The notes under the pieces were generated by a model, which was not told where the DNA came from, ran no database searches, and saw only the letters and a list, made by a program, of their open reading frames with translations. 34,778 bases of DNA from Octopus bimaculoides (lineage: Eukaryota), in the NCBI RefSeq assembly GCF_001194135.2, contig NC_068994.1, positions 20,352,711 to 20,387,488 on the forward strand, in the 5' to 3' direction. This document shows, in pieces, positions 10,630 through 22,959 of this stretch. Position 1 is the stretch's first letter, and every line of letters starts with the position of its first letter. The translations under genes and the position numbers were made by a program.

Positions 10630-13600
10630 ACGCTCATATGTGAGAGAGGGGAAGAGAGTGAGAAGCATCACCAAATATCAATGAGAGGCACACAGTCTCC
10701 AAAAACAGACAACAGGTCTGGTTTTTGTCGATGACAGGCAGAAAAATGACAGCACTGTCAATTTTTTCAAGAAAGATCTCTTAAAGGTGGAGGTGAGATT
10801 CCACACAGAGGAGGAAGCTAAATCTCACTCTCTCAGGCCACTCAAAAGCGAGGAGATGTTGATTCCCTTCTATTGCGGTAAGAAACTGGCAAAGACAATC
10901 ATACAATAGGTGCCGCCAGAAATAGCCAATCCTTGGCTTATTGCAGCGGTCACAATAGCCATCGAAGAAAACACGAAAATCCTCGAAGTCTATCAGACCA
11001 AAAAGGAGGACTGGTTGGGGGGGGGGAGATAGAGGTCCTCATCCAAACAAGCCAAAGGAATGTGGATTGTCATTCCAGACTAGATCCATCTTCCTGAAGG
11101 CAATATCATTCCAGTCAAAGTGGATGGAAGGAAGGCAAAGTGCTACATTTGCCTTTCAACCACTCACCTAAAAGATTTCTGCCCTAGATTGAAGGAAAAA
11201 GAAAAGCGAGCACTTCTCCCAACACCAACAATAGCCACCAAAACTCAGACGACAACGACAACAGTATCATAAAGATCAACAACTTCAACCGCAGCAGCAC
11301 CAATACCTAACATATCAACACCAAATTCCCTCAGACACTTCTCAACGTCAGATGTTTTACTTTCCGATACCGAGCGAGCAGACATTACATGTGCAGAACA
11401 ATCCTCATCCACACAAACTGTGAAGAGGAAGAAAAGAAAAGCTGCAAAGCTGAAAATAAACACAAAACAGATACTGCATCGACACCACTGTCACAAACAC
11501 CTGAAACACTACTTCAACCAACAACACCACAAATACAGGAGCAGAAGGAAGAGTCGCTGTGATGGTTCCGAAGAATCTGGATCTTGCAATGCGGACGATC
11601 TTCCTGGATCCTGAGGGCAAGTCGGTGATGGTGCTGGACGTGTCAGACAGCGAAGGATATACTTTCAGGCTGGTTGCCGTCTATGCCCCGATATGAGCAT
11701 GACGACCAGATTTCTTCAGGCGTCTGGAAACTTTTTCGGCAACGTCCGCCCTTTAGTGTTAGCGGAAGATTGAAATGGAGTGATAGATGTGCGGTGGGAC
11801 TCTAACACTCGGTGACCTTTTGGCAAACGTTTACTGCAACTAGCAACAGAATGGGAGAATTCCCAGTTTTATGAATCGAGGAGCATTGGCGTTACTGAGA
11901 AAAAAAAACGAACAAAGGGGATTACTGTTATCTCTACCGATGTTCTATAGAAACTATAGCCAGCACTGATTTTTGTTACGACGTTTCGTATTCGAGACGT
12001 CAAATATAAACAAACAATACTATCGAAGATGGTGCTGGTTATAATTTCTATAGAACATCTGCAGAGATAACCTTAACAAGTAATGTAAAGCGCACTGTTA
12101 ATGCTGTAGAACGCGGTATTGACTTATAAAAATGTTTAATATACTTTATAGCATATAATGTTTGCACAACGAAATACCGCGTACCTACAAGTTATTAGTA
12201 AGGGGGACTGTATAGACAACTTTAAGCCCATAACTCTGCTGAATGCAGAGTTCAAAATTTTGACCAAGGTATTAGCTACGAGGTTGGCGCTTGTCGTCGG
12301 TGATCTGGTGGTGGGGGGGGGACCCAAGATACACCATCTCGAAAAGATCTATACACAACAATCTCCACCTCATGTGATACATCATAGAGAAAGTGGCTAA
12401 AGAAGCTGGCACGGATGGGACTCTGATCAATTTTGATCAGTCTAAAGCTTTCGATAGAGTCAACCGACCATCTATCCTCGGCGCAACCGGTTTCGGGCTT
12501 GTATTCAGGGACTGGATCGCTGCAATGCACAGCGACATCTGTCAATATCATGCGCTCGGTCCGCTAAGATTGCCCCCTCTCGTCTTTCTTGTACTTACTG
12601 ACACTCGAGCCACTATTGCACAAGCCGGAGACGTTGAGGGGCATCTTGTTTGCCCTAGGATGTAGGATATGCGTCTCAGCATATGCCGGAGACGTCACCG
12701 TAATGGAGTCGGAAAACAAACACATGGAAATAGCAGGCACCGCTCTCAGTGACTACGAAGCAGTATCAAGAGCGACGATTAACCAAGAAAAATCAGTGGG
12801 CTTGCGGCCTGGTGCCTGGAGAAAAAAATCCATGTCGTCCAACTGCGTTGTTTGGCGCTTGACGGACAGACCGGTTAAATTGTTTGGGGTCTGGTTTGGT
12901 TCGGACTTCCCAGATGGACAAAAACTGGGATGTGATAATGAGCAGAGTGACTACTCTCACCCAGAAATGGGCCGAGAAGAATCTATCCTTGAAAGGTCAG
13001 GCAGAGTGGCTAACGTGTACATTGAGTCCGTCATCCATTACCGTTTGACTGTCATGCCTTGTCCTGACCCCGTCTGATTATGTTGAAGTGTATACTCTTC
13101 CGCTTCTTGTGGAAGGGACGTGTCCCGATGGTCAGGCGGTCTATCTGCTGTCAACACCCGCTGCATGGTGGCTTAGGCATGCCGTGGTTGATGATGTGCA
13201 AATATACACTAACGCTACGACATCTCTTTGCTTCTTTGACGGCGAACATGTGTGGTCGCCGTTCGCCAGATACGTATTCCTCAGCTAGTCACTTTTACTG
13301 AGCTGCAAATAGAAACCGAGAGAAGGCATTTGGAAAGTGGAATGTCTTCAAGCGCTCACAGCCCTCAGTCTGTCGTACACTGTGATGGGTGGACAGGCTA
13401 CGTTAGCTTCGTTTAGAGGATTAGTGAAAAGTAAGTGCGACGATGTTCTTGGGGAGGCCTCGGGCGTCGAAGAAAATCAGCTAGTCACTCTTTTTCAAAG
13501 AACATTCGGCCCCAGACCGATGGTTAACTTCCAAAACTCTCTGGTTTGGCAGTGCTACTGGGAGGCTTTGCCTGTTCGGGCATGTCCGAGATGCGCGCAA

Positions 13601-13710
13601 AAGCCTCACAACACACACTCATATACATACACACATCCTTTGTTTTGCCCTGTACTGTCCATAATAATTTTTTTAATGTAAACCTTTTGTGGTCAATAAA
13701 CAAATCATCA

Positions 13711-13750
<40 letters not shown>
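10630..13750 (+). mobile_element. L1/Tx1-clade LINE, decayed, internally deleted: ORF1, APE fragment, RT, C-terminus, 3' tail
   Basis: ORF1 knuckle CYICLSTTHLKDFC (11141-11182); APE fragment DPEGKSVMVLDV...FRLVAVYAP...LVLAED*NG (about 11600-11800); RT NFKPITLLNAEFKIL, DQSKAFDRV, YAGDV; FLWKG motif; tail tgtggtcaataaac followed by (ATC)/(ATT)n. Confidence 0.88.
11927..12071. repeat. MITE-like long inverted repeat (arms of about 40 bp)
   Basis: gttatctctaccgatgttctatagaaactatagccagcac pairs with gtgctggttataatttctatagaacatctgcagagataac with a few mismatches. Confidence 0.75.
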
Positions 13751-13850
13751 NNNNNNNNNNNNNNNNNNNNNNNNNNNNNNNNNNNNNNNNNNNNNNNNNN
13801 NNNNNNNNNNNNNNNNNNNNNNNNNNNNNNNNNNNNNNNNNNNNNNNNNN

Positions 13851-16320
13851 CAAGCTAACCTGTCATATCTCTCAACTTTTCTTTCTTCCTTATTGCATAC
13901 TTTGTTGTCAGTTGGGCATGTTATATCTATCATCCAGCATAGTTTGCTTTCTTTCTTAATTAAGACTATATCTGGCTTCCTATTCTCTATCTCATGGTCG
14001 CACTGAATCATAAAATCTCATAGGGTCTTTGCATTTCTATTTTCGACGATGCCTTCAGGTTTGTGGTCGTACCAATTTTTTGCTCTGTCAAGTCCAAACT
14101 TGTTGCAGCGTGTCCAATGGACAAGCCTGGCTATATTGTCGTGGCGTCTCATATTCTTTCTGAGCTAGTGGCGTACATTGGCTGGTAATATGCCATACGG
14201 TTTCACCGTCTTGTCCACAGATTCTGTACCTATCACTTTCTGCTGTGTGGTCCATTCTGTATTTTATGTAGTTTGTTCTTAGTGCTTGCTCTTAGGCAGC
14301 ACGGATTAGAGCCTCCGTTTCCTGCTTTAAATCATTTTTAGTCTTCCACAGCCATCAGCTATCAGTGTTAGTAGTATCAAGCACAGTACAAAGATCAGTG
14401 GGGACAGGCAGTCCCCTTGGAAGATGCCCCTCCTAATTTCTACTGTCCCTAAACTTCTTCCGTATGCTTTCAGATCCGTCCTCCAATTCGCCATACTTTT
14501 TCCAAGTAATCGCTCAACATTCGATGCAATACCAAATAGGTTTACACACTCCAGAATCCAAGAATGTGAGATCATATCGTACGCCTTACGATAGTCGATC
14601 CATGACATGGCTAAGTTACTTTTCCTCCTCTTGCAGTCTCTAAGTACAGTTTTGTCTATCAGGGGTTGATCCTTGGTACCTCTGCACTTACGCTTGCAAC
14701 CCTTCTGCTCATGTAGCAGGGCTCTATTTTTTCCAGATGTTCGTACATTGACTGCGAGTATTCCAGTCAATAACTTCCACATAAGTGGCAAACTGGATAT
14801 CGGCCTGTAATTGTCTACCGTATTGCCTTTTTCGATGTTTTTCAGGCACAGCACTGTCCTACCCACTATCAACCACTCTGGTGTTACTTGGTCGGCATTT
14901 AACAAGGTGTTGAGTTGTGCAGCTATTCGTGCATGACATTCACCAAATCTTTTGATGCAGTAACTTTGAACTCTATCTGGTCCCGGGGCCTTCCAGTTGC
15001 TCATTTGTTTGCTGATTTCCTTCACTTTCCTAACTGAAATGACTAGTCCTGCTTGTCTTGGACAGACTACTGTTTGTTTCAGTTCTTGCAACCATTTAGC
15101 ATCCTTCTTGTGCTCCTTGTCTTTGCTCCAGATGTCACTCCAAAACTTTTGACTTTCAATGTTATCTGGTATCAACTTTTCATCTGTACACTCTTCATTT
15201 ATTTCTTTATAGAATCTCTTCTGATCTACTCTGAATAACCTATTCTGCTGGTAACTCTTCATTCTTTGGTCGTATCTTACCATCTTTGCTTTCTTTGCAA
15301 CGAGGCGCTGTTTCAGTTCCTCCACTACTACTTTCAGGCTCTTTCTTTCAATATTATTCTTCCTTTTCAACGCCCTGTATTTTTGCTCGCTTTTAAGCTC
15401 CCCTTTCTCTTTTCGTTCTAACACAGAGATTTCCTTCGAGAGCATGTTTAATCCTGCCTGGATTCTTCTTTTACACCATGGATCTTTTCTTTTGTCACTC
15501 CCATTATGTTTCTTTTTTTTTTTACATTAACACCCACGTTTTCTGCTACAACAATACTTTCTGCCTTGATTAAACTATTTGTTTCTATGATGTTGTTTGT
15601 TCTGATGTATTTCAGAATTTCATTGACATTTTTCGTTTCTTGGTTCAATTTCCATCGATCAACCTTTTTAAGGTTGCAAATAATGTCGCTATCGTTCTCC
15701 TGTAGTCTTACCTTTATTCTGTCGTAGATTGACTTTTGTTCATCTGTCATGTCACCATTAGTTTTATTGTCTTCTTCTATATCATCTGTATGTCTCTCAT
15801 AAAATGTTCCTTTCCAGTGCTATGGGATTACTCTTATTAGTAAGAACTGTATTTTCATTGTTATCTCTGCTGCTATTTTCCAATACTCGTCTTTTGATAG
15901 CTTCGAGCTCTACTTCTGTGAACCAACAATTTTTCCTTATTGCTCTAGCTTGATTACATTGTCTCTGTTCCATTTGTTGAAAACAATCCCTTTTCTCTCC
16001 AATGATCATACATACGTTGTCGGTAACCCCTAATTTGAGCACCATTTTCATCTACCGGGTTGCTCAGGTAGTAACACTCCATGACCACAGCATCAATTTG
16101 CTTTCTCCATCTACGCCATGTGTGGTGGTCCCTTTTTGGATATCGACAGGCTGGAGCCGGACCAGAATCTCTGAGCCTACTGAGTGCAACTCTGTCACCA
16201 TCATTGGCTTCAGTATCATAACCACCATTATTCACAATATTTTGTTTTTTCATTGTCACTCACATGAGGTAACGATTATCAGGTTGCGCAATTACCAGTG
16301 TTTTTATTGTAACATCATCA
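13851..16320 (-). mobile_element. R4/Dong element with retained N-terminus, internal deletion and 3' end lost in gap (element E)
   Basis: N-terminal MECYYLSNP...RGYRQRM, RT WKAPGPD, NYRPISSLPLMWKLL, IDYRKAYD, GIFQGDCLSP, then directly ETEALIRAA/RHDNIA and RLE RKPDIVL. Confidence 0.93.
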
Positions 16321-16321
16321 C

Positions 16322-16323
<2 letters not shown>

Positions 16324-16390
<67 letters not shown>
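16324..16390. repeat. (ATT)n microsatellite between two minus-strand Dong copies
   Basis: Seen directly. Confidence 0.97.
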
Positions 16391-16391
<1 letters not shown>

Positions 16392-18780
16392 TCTCTTTAT
16401 CACAGGTTTTGTTAGAGCTCCTGGAGTCTTGCATGCGTAGCGGGATTGCTACCTGCAGCCTACGGTACCATGCTATTCATTCTTTTCAACTAATACTTTC
16501 CTGATTATTCTGGCCGTTCCAAGGAGGTAAACCTTTTGTAACAGTTCTACTAAGCACTCTATTCCAATTTCCTTTATATTCCCCTTGATGTATTCTGATA
16601 CTGTTTCCAAGGACCCAACAATAATTGGCACTATCTTCACCTTCTTCATTTTCCATAGCCGGGTTTTTTCGTACTTAAGAGGGTTGTATTTATCTATTTT
16701 TTCGTCTTCCTTCTTGACTATTCGTGGGTCAAAGGGGAATACCAAATCAACTATATAGTATTTGTGGCGCCTCTTGTCCACCACCACTAGGCCCGGTCTG
16801 TTATGCTCTAGCACCTGACCTATTTGTATTGGGGAATCCCAGAGGATTTTGCTAGTCTCCGACTCCGCCACTTTCTGCGGTTTGTGCTCATACCACGTCT
16901 TACTTCTGTCTAACCCCCACTTTTCGCACAGTTTCCAGTGTAGCACTTTTGCTCACTGATCGTGTTGCCACAACCTGTAGTGGTTCGGAACAAGTCTAGG
17001 GCGTTCGTTCGTGATATGGGCAATGGTTACAACCACTCTGTTACAGATGCGGCACAGCTGAGACACTTGTTCATTCCTAAGATTGACCTTCCAGTTCGTA
17101 GTCGAAGCTTGGTCTTGCGCTGCCAGTATAGTACTCTCAGTCTCTTTTTTACGGTTCCTTTCATCAGCTAATCCCACCTATTTTTCCAGCAACTTCTGTT
17201 GTGGCTGCATGGAATTGATTGTGTAGTACTCTCTTGCGTAATTCTTCTTGTCCTTTTTGCATTTCTTCCTTTGTTTTTTTTTCTTTCTTCTCTGCTTTCA
17301 ATACTCCCTCTTTCTTAACTGTCACTAGCAAGATTTCCTTACTTTGGGCTAGGTATCTCATTAAGCTCTCGAGTTCGATACGCACGCAGTCTTCAACACT
17401 TGTCTTCCACACGGAGCCCATCATTCACGTGCCCATCAGTATCTGCACGTGGATGCTTGGTTCCGTGCATCGATAGAAGCTTTCTTGACCATCTCCTTTA
17501 GCTCTTCCTCTGTCCACTTCAGGATTCCAATGCCATACCGAACTGCTGCGACTGCGCGCGAGTTTATTGTCGAAATTATATTTCTGGCATTTAGCTTTGA
17601 AGCCAATATATTTTCCACTCGCCGCAGGTGCTCTCTTTTTGTCTTTTCCTTCATGTCATTGTGTTTGATTTCATCTGCCTCAAGTATTCCCAGGTATTTA
17701 TAGCTGAATTGAGGTTAAATTGTCTTCATCATTTCAGCACTTGGCAACCTTATGCCTTCTGTTCTGTAAAGCTTTCCTCGTCTCATCAGCATCGTAGCAC
17801 ATTTTGAGAGTCCAAACTCCATCTTAATATCATTGGGGAAAATTCTCAGACTCGACTGTGCTGTCTAGTTCTACTTCAGTTTTGTGAATAGCTTCTGATC
17901 GTCCATGAATAACAAGTGGTTCGGTTTTCCCTTACCTCTTCCCAGATCATACTCCAACTTTGTTTTCTGTAGTATTTCACTCAAGAGTATTATTCTCAGC
18001 ACGAAGATCAGTGGGGACATACCATCTCTCCCTGAAAGATACTTCTCCTGATTTTCACCTCCTCTAATACTTGATTCCCTGCTGTCAATTCTGTTCTCCA
18101 GCATTTCAAGCTATTCCATATAACTCTTCTCATATTTTCTGCTTCTCCACACATTTTCATTGTTTTTATTATCCAGGAGTGTGGTATCGTATCGTATACT
18201 TTACGATACTCAACCCAAGTCATGCTCAGGTTTTTGTGTTTTCTCATGCAGTTCCTGATAATTAGATTATCATTTAAGAGCTGATCCTTCGTTCCCCGGC
18301 TCCTCTTTTGGCAGTATTTTTGTTCAATGGGTAGCAGCCTACTGTTTTCCAGGTATCTATACAGTTCACCGACCAATGCACCTGGCATTAGTTTCCACAT
18401 TAGCGGAAGGCACGTTATTGGTCTAAAGTTGGATGCAACATTTCCTTTTTCAGGATCCTTGGCACACAACAATGTCTTCCCCTTTGCCATCCAGCTGGGC
18501 ACTGCGCCGTTCTGCAAGCACTCATCTAGCTGTTGAGCTATCCTTTCGTAGAGTCTTCTCACCTTCTTCACCCAATAATCTTGGACCCCGTCCGGTCCTG
18601 GGCTCTTCCAATTTGGGAATTTTTTTAACTGCTTTCTGTAGTCATCTTTGTCTTTTTGGCCTTCTATATCTGTTAACTTATCTTGGATTTCAGGCTGCCA
18701 CTCCGCTTCATTATTCTCAACAGGTTGGTCCCAGTTACCTCTCTAGAATGCCCTGCTTTCCTCTGTATCCGGTAGCACAC
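16391..18780 (-). mobile_element. R4/Dong element (type C), 5'-truncated and decayed
   Basis: WKSPGPDG, NFRPITCLPLMWKL, HLLFMDDQKLF, ETESTILAAQDQ, CRIC, RPGLVVVD...FPFDPRI; type C 3'UTR and AAT tail. Confidence 0.93.
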
Positions 18781-19303
18781 AGCAGATTCAAATTCTCGTA
18801 CACGAAATTGCAGACACTTCAAGACATAATAATACCAACATCTTTAGCGACATCACAAACTACGAAGCTGAATTCCCTCCAATTCAGTGAAATACACCAA
18901 CTCAAAAGACAGCTCATAGCAGCAGTATCAAGACCACAGACAACTCAGCCACCATCATCACTAGTGACAATCTCCCGACCATACCATCTCCACTGCCGCC
19001 ACCACTACAACGAATAACATCGCAATAAATGACATCATGAACCAGACTACTTCTTTCGCAGAAACAGCAGCAAGAAGCAAAGAATATTTTTGTATGAATC
19101 TGCTTTAGAAANNNNNNNNNNNNNNNNNNNNNNNNNNNNNNNNNNNNNNNNNNNNNNNNNNNNNNNNNNNNNNNNNNNNNNNNNNNNNNNNNNNNNNNNN
19201 NNNNNNNNNNNNNNNNNNNNNNNNNNNNNNNNNNNNNNNNNNNNNNNNNNNNNNNNNNNNNNNNNNNNNNNNNNNNNNNNNNNNNNNNNNNNNNNNNNNN
19301 NNN

Positions 19304-20416
19304 GGCCAAACACTCCGTGGTTCCCTGTCGGAGTGAAAAATATGTGCTTCATCCATCCTATTTAGGAAGTAATATGGTACGCATAAAGATAGCTGAGATA
19401 CTACCAGAGGTAAACTTATGGTGGATTCTCATAGCGATCGTTTTGGAAGGGAGCAACAGCCTCCTGGAGGTCAAAAGGTCACGACATGAAAATTGGTCTG
19501 GGACCAGTGTGGAGGTACTCCTCCACATTCAACCAGAAGCTATTCACAAAAGCTATTCCGTCATCTAATACCATCTGACCGTCGTCTCTTGCCCTGCTTC
19601 ATGGCTGACCAAGCTGGAGCACTTGCAATTCCACTTTCTATGGAGAGGACGTGTCCCACTCGTCAGACGGTCTATCTGCTGTCAGCAGCCACTGAGTGAA
19701 GGACTGGACATACCATGGCTAATGATACACAGACACGTGCTGAGGCTAAAACATCTCCAGCACTTTCTTAACGGTGAACAGGTGTGGTCACCATTTGTCA
19801 AACAGGATTTTCCGCAGCTCGTCTCATTGACAGAGCTACAGTACTGGATCAAGCTTAGGCCAAGAAAGGGCGCTTGGCACCTGGAGTGCCGGCAAGCGCT
19901 CATGACCTTCTGCCAGTCGGGCAACGCGGTCGGTGGAAGTTCCATTATGGAGTTCTATAGGGAATTAGTGGCGGGCAAGAGCGACGATGTCCTCGGGGAA
20001 ACTCTGGGTGTCGTGAAGGATCAATTAACTGGTCTTTTCCGGAGGACTTTTGAGTCGTGGCCTATGGATAACTTCCAGAAATCACTATCCTAGCAGTGCT
20101 ACCGGGAAGCTCTGTCGGTTCGAGACAGGCTCTACCAACACGGAAGTAAATCGGAGGAGTTGAGGAGAGAAGCGCCTACGGAGATGCATCTAACGATCGG
20201 GATAACCAGAATGTGTGGGGTTCCTCGGTTGTCCTTGTGATGAACTTCCCCCTTTTGGGGAATTTTATTGTTTAATTGTATTGTTACTTGTCATTGTTAT
20301 TTTATTGTTTACTCGATTTTTGTGTTAAACTCCACGTGTCTCCAGTTTTGTGTTATCTCTATTTGTTTTGTGTTCGGCCCTTGTGGCCAACGAATAAACG
20401 ATTATTGTTGTTGTTA
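19304..20416 (+). mobile_element. L1/Tx1-like internally deleted derivative (ORF1 part joined to ORF2 C-terminus) with 3' tail
   Basis: 19304-19545 is homologous to ORF1 (PSYLG...LPEVNLWWI...NWSGTSVEVL). 19556-20130 matches 13030-13590 (FLWRGRVPLVRRSICCQ). The tail is tgtggccaacgaataaacgattattgttgtt. Confidence 0.82.
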
Positions 20417-20417
20417 A

Positions 20418-20633
20418 GGTGGTGAGCTGGCAGAAGGGCTAGCACGCCGGCAAAATACTTAGCTGCATTTGTCCGTCTTCACGTTCTGGGTTTAAATTCC
20501 GTCAAAGTCAACTTTGCCCTTCATCCTTTCAGGGTAGATAAAATAAGTAGTAGCTTATCACTGAAGTCGATGTAATCGATGAACTCCCTCCCCTGAAATT
20601 GCTGGCCTTGCGCCAAAATTTGAAACCATTATT
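20418..20633 (+). mobile_element. tRNA-derived SINE
   Basis: Head gagctggcagaa.. with A-box-like sequence and degenerate B-box gggtttaaattcc; body gtcaactttgcccttcatcctttc...gataaaataagt. A second copy lies at 27876-28034. Confidence 0.8.
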
Positions 20634-21179
20634 TTACCTGTGTTTATTTTGATTATTAAGATTGAAACAAATCGCCCTTTTTGTAAAAAGAATTTGGACC
20701 TGGGTTTGCACACTCTAAGCAAATTTCGTTCCTGCACTTATGAAGAAAGTGTGTCTTTTGAAGTACAGTGTGGCTTTTTCTACAGTGAATGAGCTCTTTT
20801 TTGTTTGTTTTGTTTTATTTTGTTTCGTGTAGAAGCATGTCGTTTTCTTTTCTGCTTATTAAATCACAACATGTAGTTAAGATTGGAGTGCTGTCCGACT
20901 ACTTATTCTATTGATGACTTTTTGAATCTTAGAGTCATCTACAAAAATGTTTATTTGATTGGTTTTGATGACTTTTGCGATATCCATTATAAATAATACA
21001 AAGAAGTTGGCCCAACACGTTGGGCCCGACACAATCGGCCTCGGGAGACACTACTAATGGCTTTTGCTGAGCTTGAGTAGAATCTGTTAATCATATGGTA
21101 GGATCTGTCAACCAGGTAATGCTTAATCCACTACAATAGTTATCTATGGACTCCAATTTTGATAAATTTTTCATAGAAC

Positions 21180-21182
<3 letters not shown>

Positions 21183-21222
<40 letters not shown>
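21183..21222. repeat. (GT)n microsatellite
   Basis: Seen directly. Confidence 0.97.
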
Positions 21223-21227
<5 letters not shown>

Positions 21228-22149
21228 GCTTGGATATAAGCAAATTCTAAGCGATCACCTCATCAGCACTTCATGCAGGAACCTAGTTAGCATAGTGTTT
21301 ACGTCCCGGCAACTNNNNNNNNNNNNNNNNNNNNNNNNNNNNNNNNNNNNNNNNNNNNNNNNNNNNNNNNNNNNNNNNNNNNNNNNNNNNNNNNNNNNNN
21401 NNNNNNNNNNNNNNNNNNNNNNNNNNNNNNNNNNNNNNNNNNNNNNNNNNNNNNNNNNNNNNNNNNNNNNNNNNNNNNNNNNNNNNNNNNNNNNNNNNNN
21501 NNNNNNNNNNNNNNNNNNNNNNNNNNNNNNNNNNNNNNNNNNNNNNNNNNNNNNNNNNNNNNNNNNNNNNNNNNNNNNNNNNNNNNNNNNNNNNNNNNNN
21601 NNNNNNNNNNNNNNNNNNNNNNNNNNNNNNNNNNNNNNNNNNNNNNNNNNNNNNNNNNNNNNNNNNNNNNNNNNNNNNNNNNNNNNNNNNNNNNNNNNNN
21701 NNNNNNNNNNNNNNNNNNNNNNNNNNNNNNNNNNNNNNNNNNNNNNNNNNNNNNNNNNNNNNNNNNNNNNNNNNNNNNNNNNNNNNNNNNNNNNNNNNNN
21801 NNNNNNNNNNNNNNNNNNNNNNNNNNNNNNNNNNNNNNNNNNNNNNNNNNNNNNNNNNNNNNNNNNNNNNNNNNNNNNNNNNNNNNNNNNNNNNNNNNNN
21901 NNNNNNNNNNNNNNNNNNNNNNNNNNNNNNNNNNNNNNNNNNNNNNNNNNNNNNNNNNNNNNNNNNNNNNNNNNNNNNNNNNNNNNNNNNNNNNNNNNNN
22001 NNNNNNNNNNNNNNNNNNNNNNNNNNNNNNNNNNNNNNNNNNNNNNNNNNNNNNNNNNNNNNNNNNNNNNNNNNNNNNNNNNNNNNNNNNNNNNNNNNNN
22101 NNNNNNNNNNNNNNNNNNNNNNNNNNNNNNNNNNNNNNNNNNNNNNNNC

Positions 22150-22443
22150 CTGTACATCAATATGAAGCACCGTAAGGAATGGCTTAGCCCCAGTAAACAA
22201 GCGACACCGCGCGTGAAACAAGATCTTCATCCGCGTAAACGATGTTGTGCGTATGGTGGGACTGGGAAGGGATTATCCATTACGAAACGGTCAACGCCGA
22301 ACTCTATGTTCAACAGATGGAACCACTCAACACGGCTATTCAAGAGAAAAGACCTAATCGGCAGCATGGAATTCTTCTGCTGCACAACAACGCCCGCCCT
22401 CATATCGCCAATATGACCAAGGAAGCCATTCAAACGCATGGCT
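22150..22443 (+). mobile_element. Mariner (Tc1/mariner) transposase fragment between two gaps
   Basis: LHPRK.MLCVWWDWEGIIHYE...ILLLHNNARPH is the typical mariner DD34D core (HDNARPH degenerate). TIRs are not visible. Confidence 0.9.
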
Positions 22444-22959
22444 NNNNNNNNNNNNNNNNNNNNNNNNNNNNNNNNNNNNNNNNNNNNNNNNNNNNNNNNN
22501 NNNNNNNNNNNNNNNNNNNNNNNNNNNNNNNNNNNNNNNNNNNNNNNNNNNNNNNNNNNNNNNNNNNNNNNNNNNNNNNNNNNNNNNNNNNNNNNNNNNN
22601 NNNNNNNNNNNNNNNNNNNNNNNNNNNNNNNNNNNNNNNNNNNNNNNNNNNNNNNNNNNNNNNNNNNNNNNNNNNNNNNNNNNNNNNNNNNNNNNNNNNN
22701 NNNNNNNNNNNNNNNNNNNNNNNNNNNNNNNNNNNNNNNNNNNNNNNNNNNNNNNNNNNNNNNNNNNNNNNNNNNNNNNNNNNNNNNNNNNNNNNNNNNN
22801 NNNNNNNNNNNNNNNNNNNNNNNNNNGAATGGGTTGGATATGGAAACAATAGTAGGTAACAGAGACTTCTGACAATATGCCAATAAATTGAATTTTATCA
22901 GTTAAAATTCTCCATTTTCGCCTTATGATATATTATATTGAAATATACCTATACATATC

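Noticed and set aside
14327-15445. 372-aa RT ORF as a functional gene
   Set aside because: It lacks the YxDD motif and the adjacent frames have stops and frameshifts; it is a retroelement remnant.
18780-19111. A/C-rich segment that may be the 5' part of the Tx1-like ORF1
   Set aside because: No recognisable motif and separated from the ORF1 piece by a gap.
21009-21026. Perfect small hairpin ggcccaac-ac-gttgggcc
   Set aside because: Isolated 8-bp stem with no supporting context; not a terminator in a eukaryotic setting.
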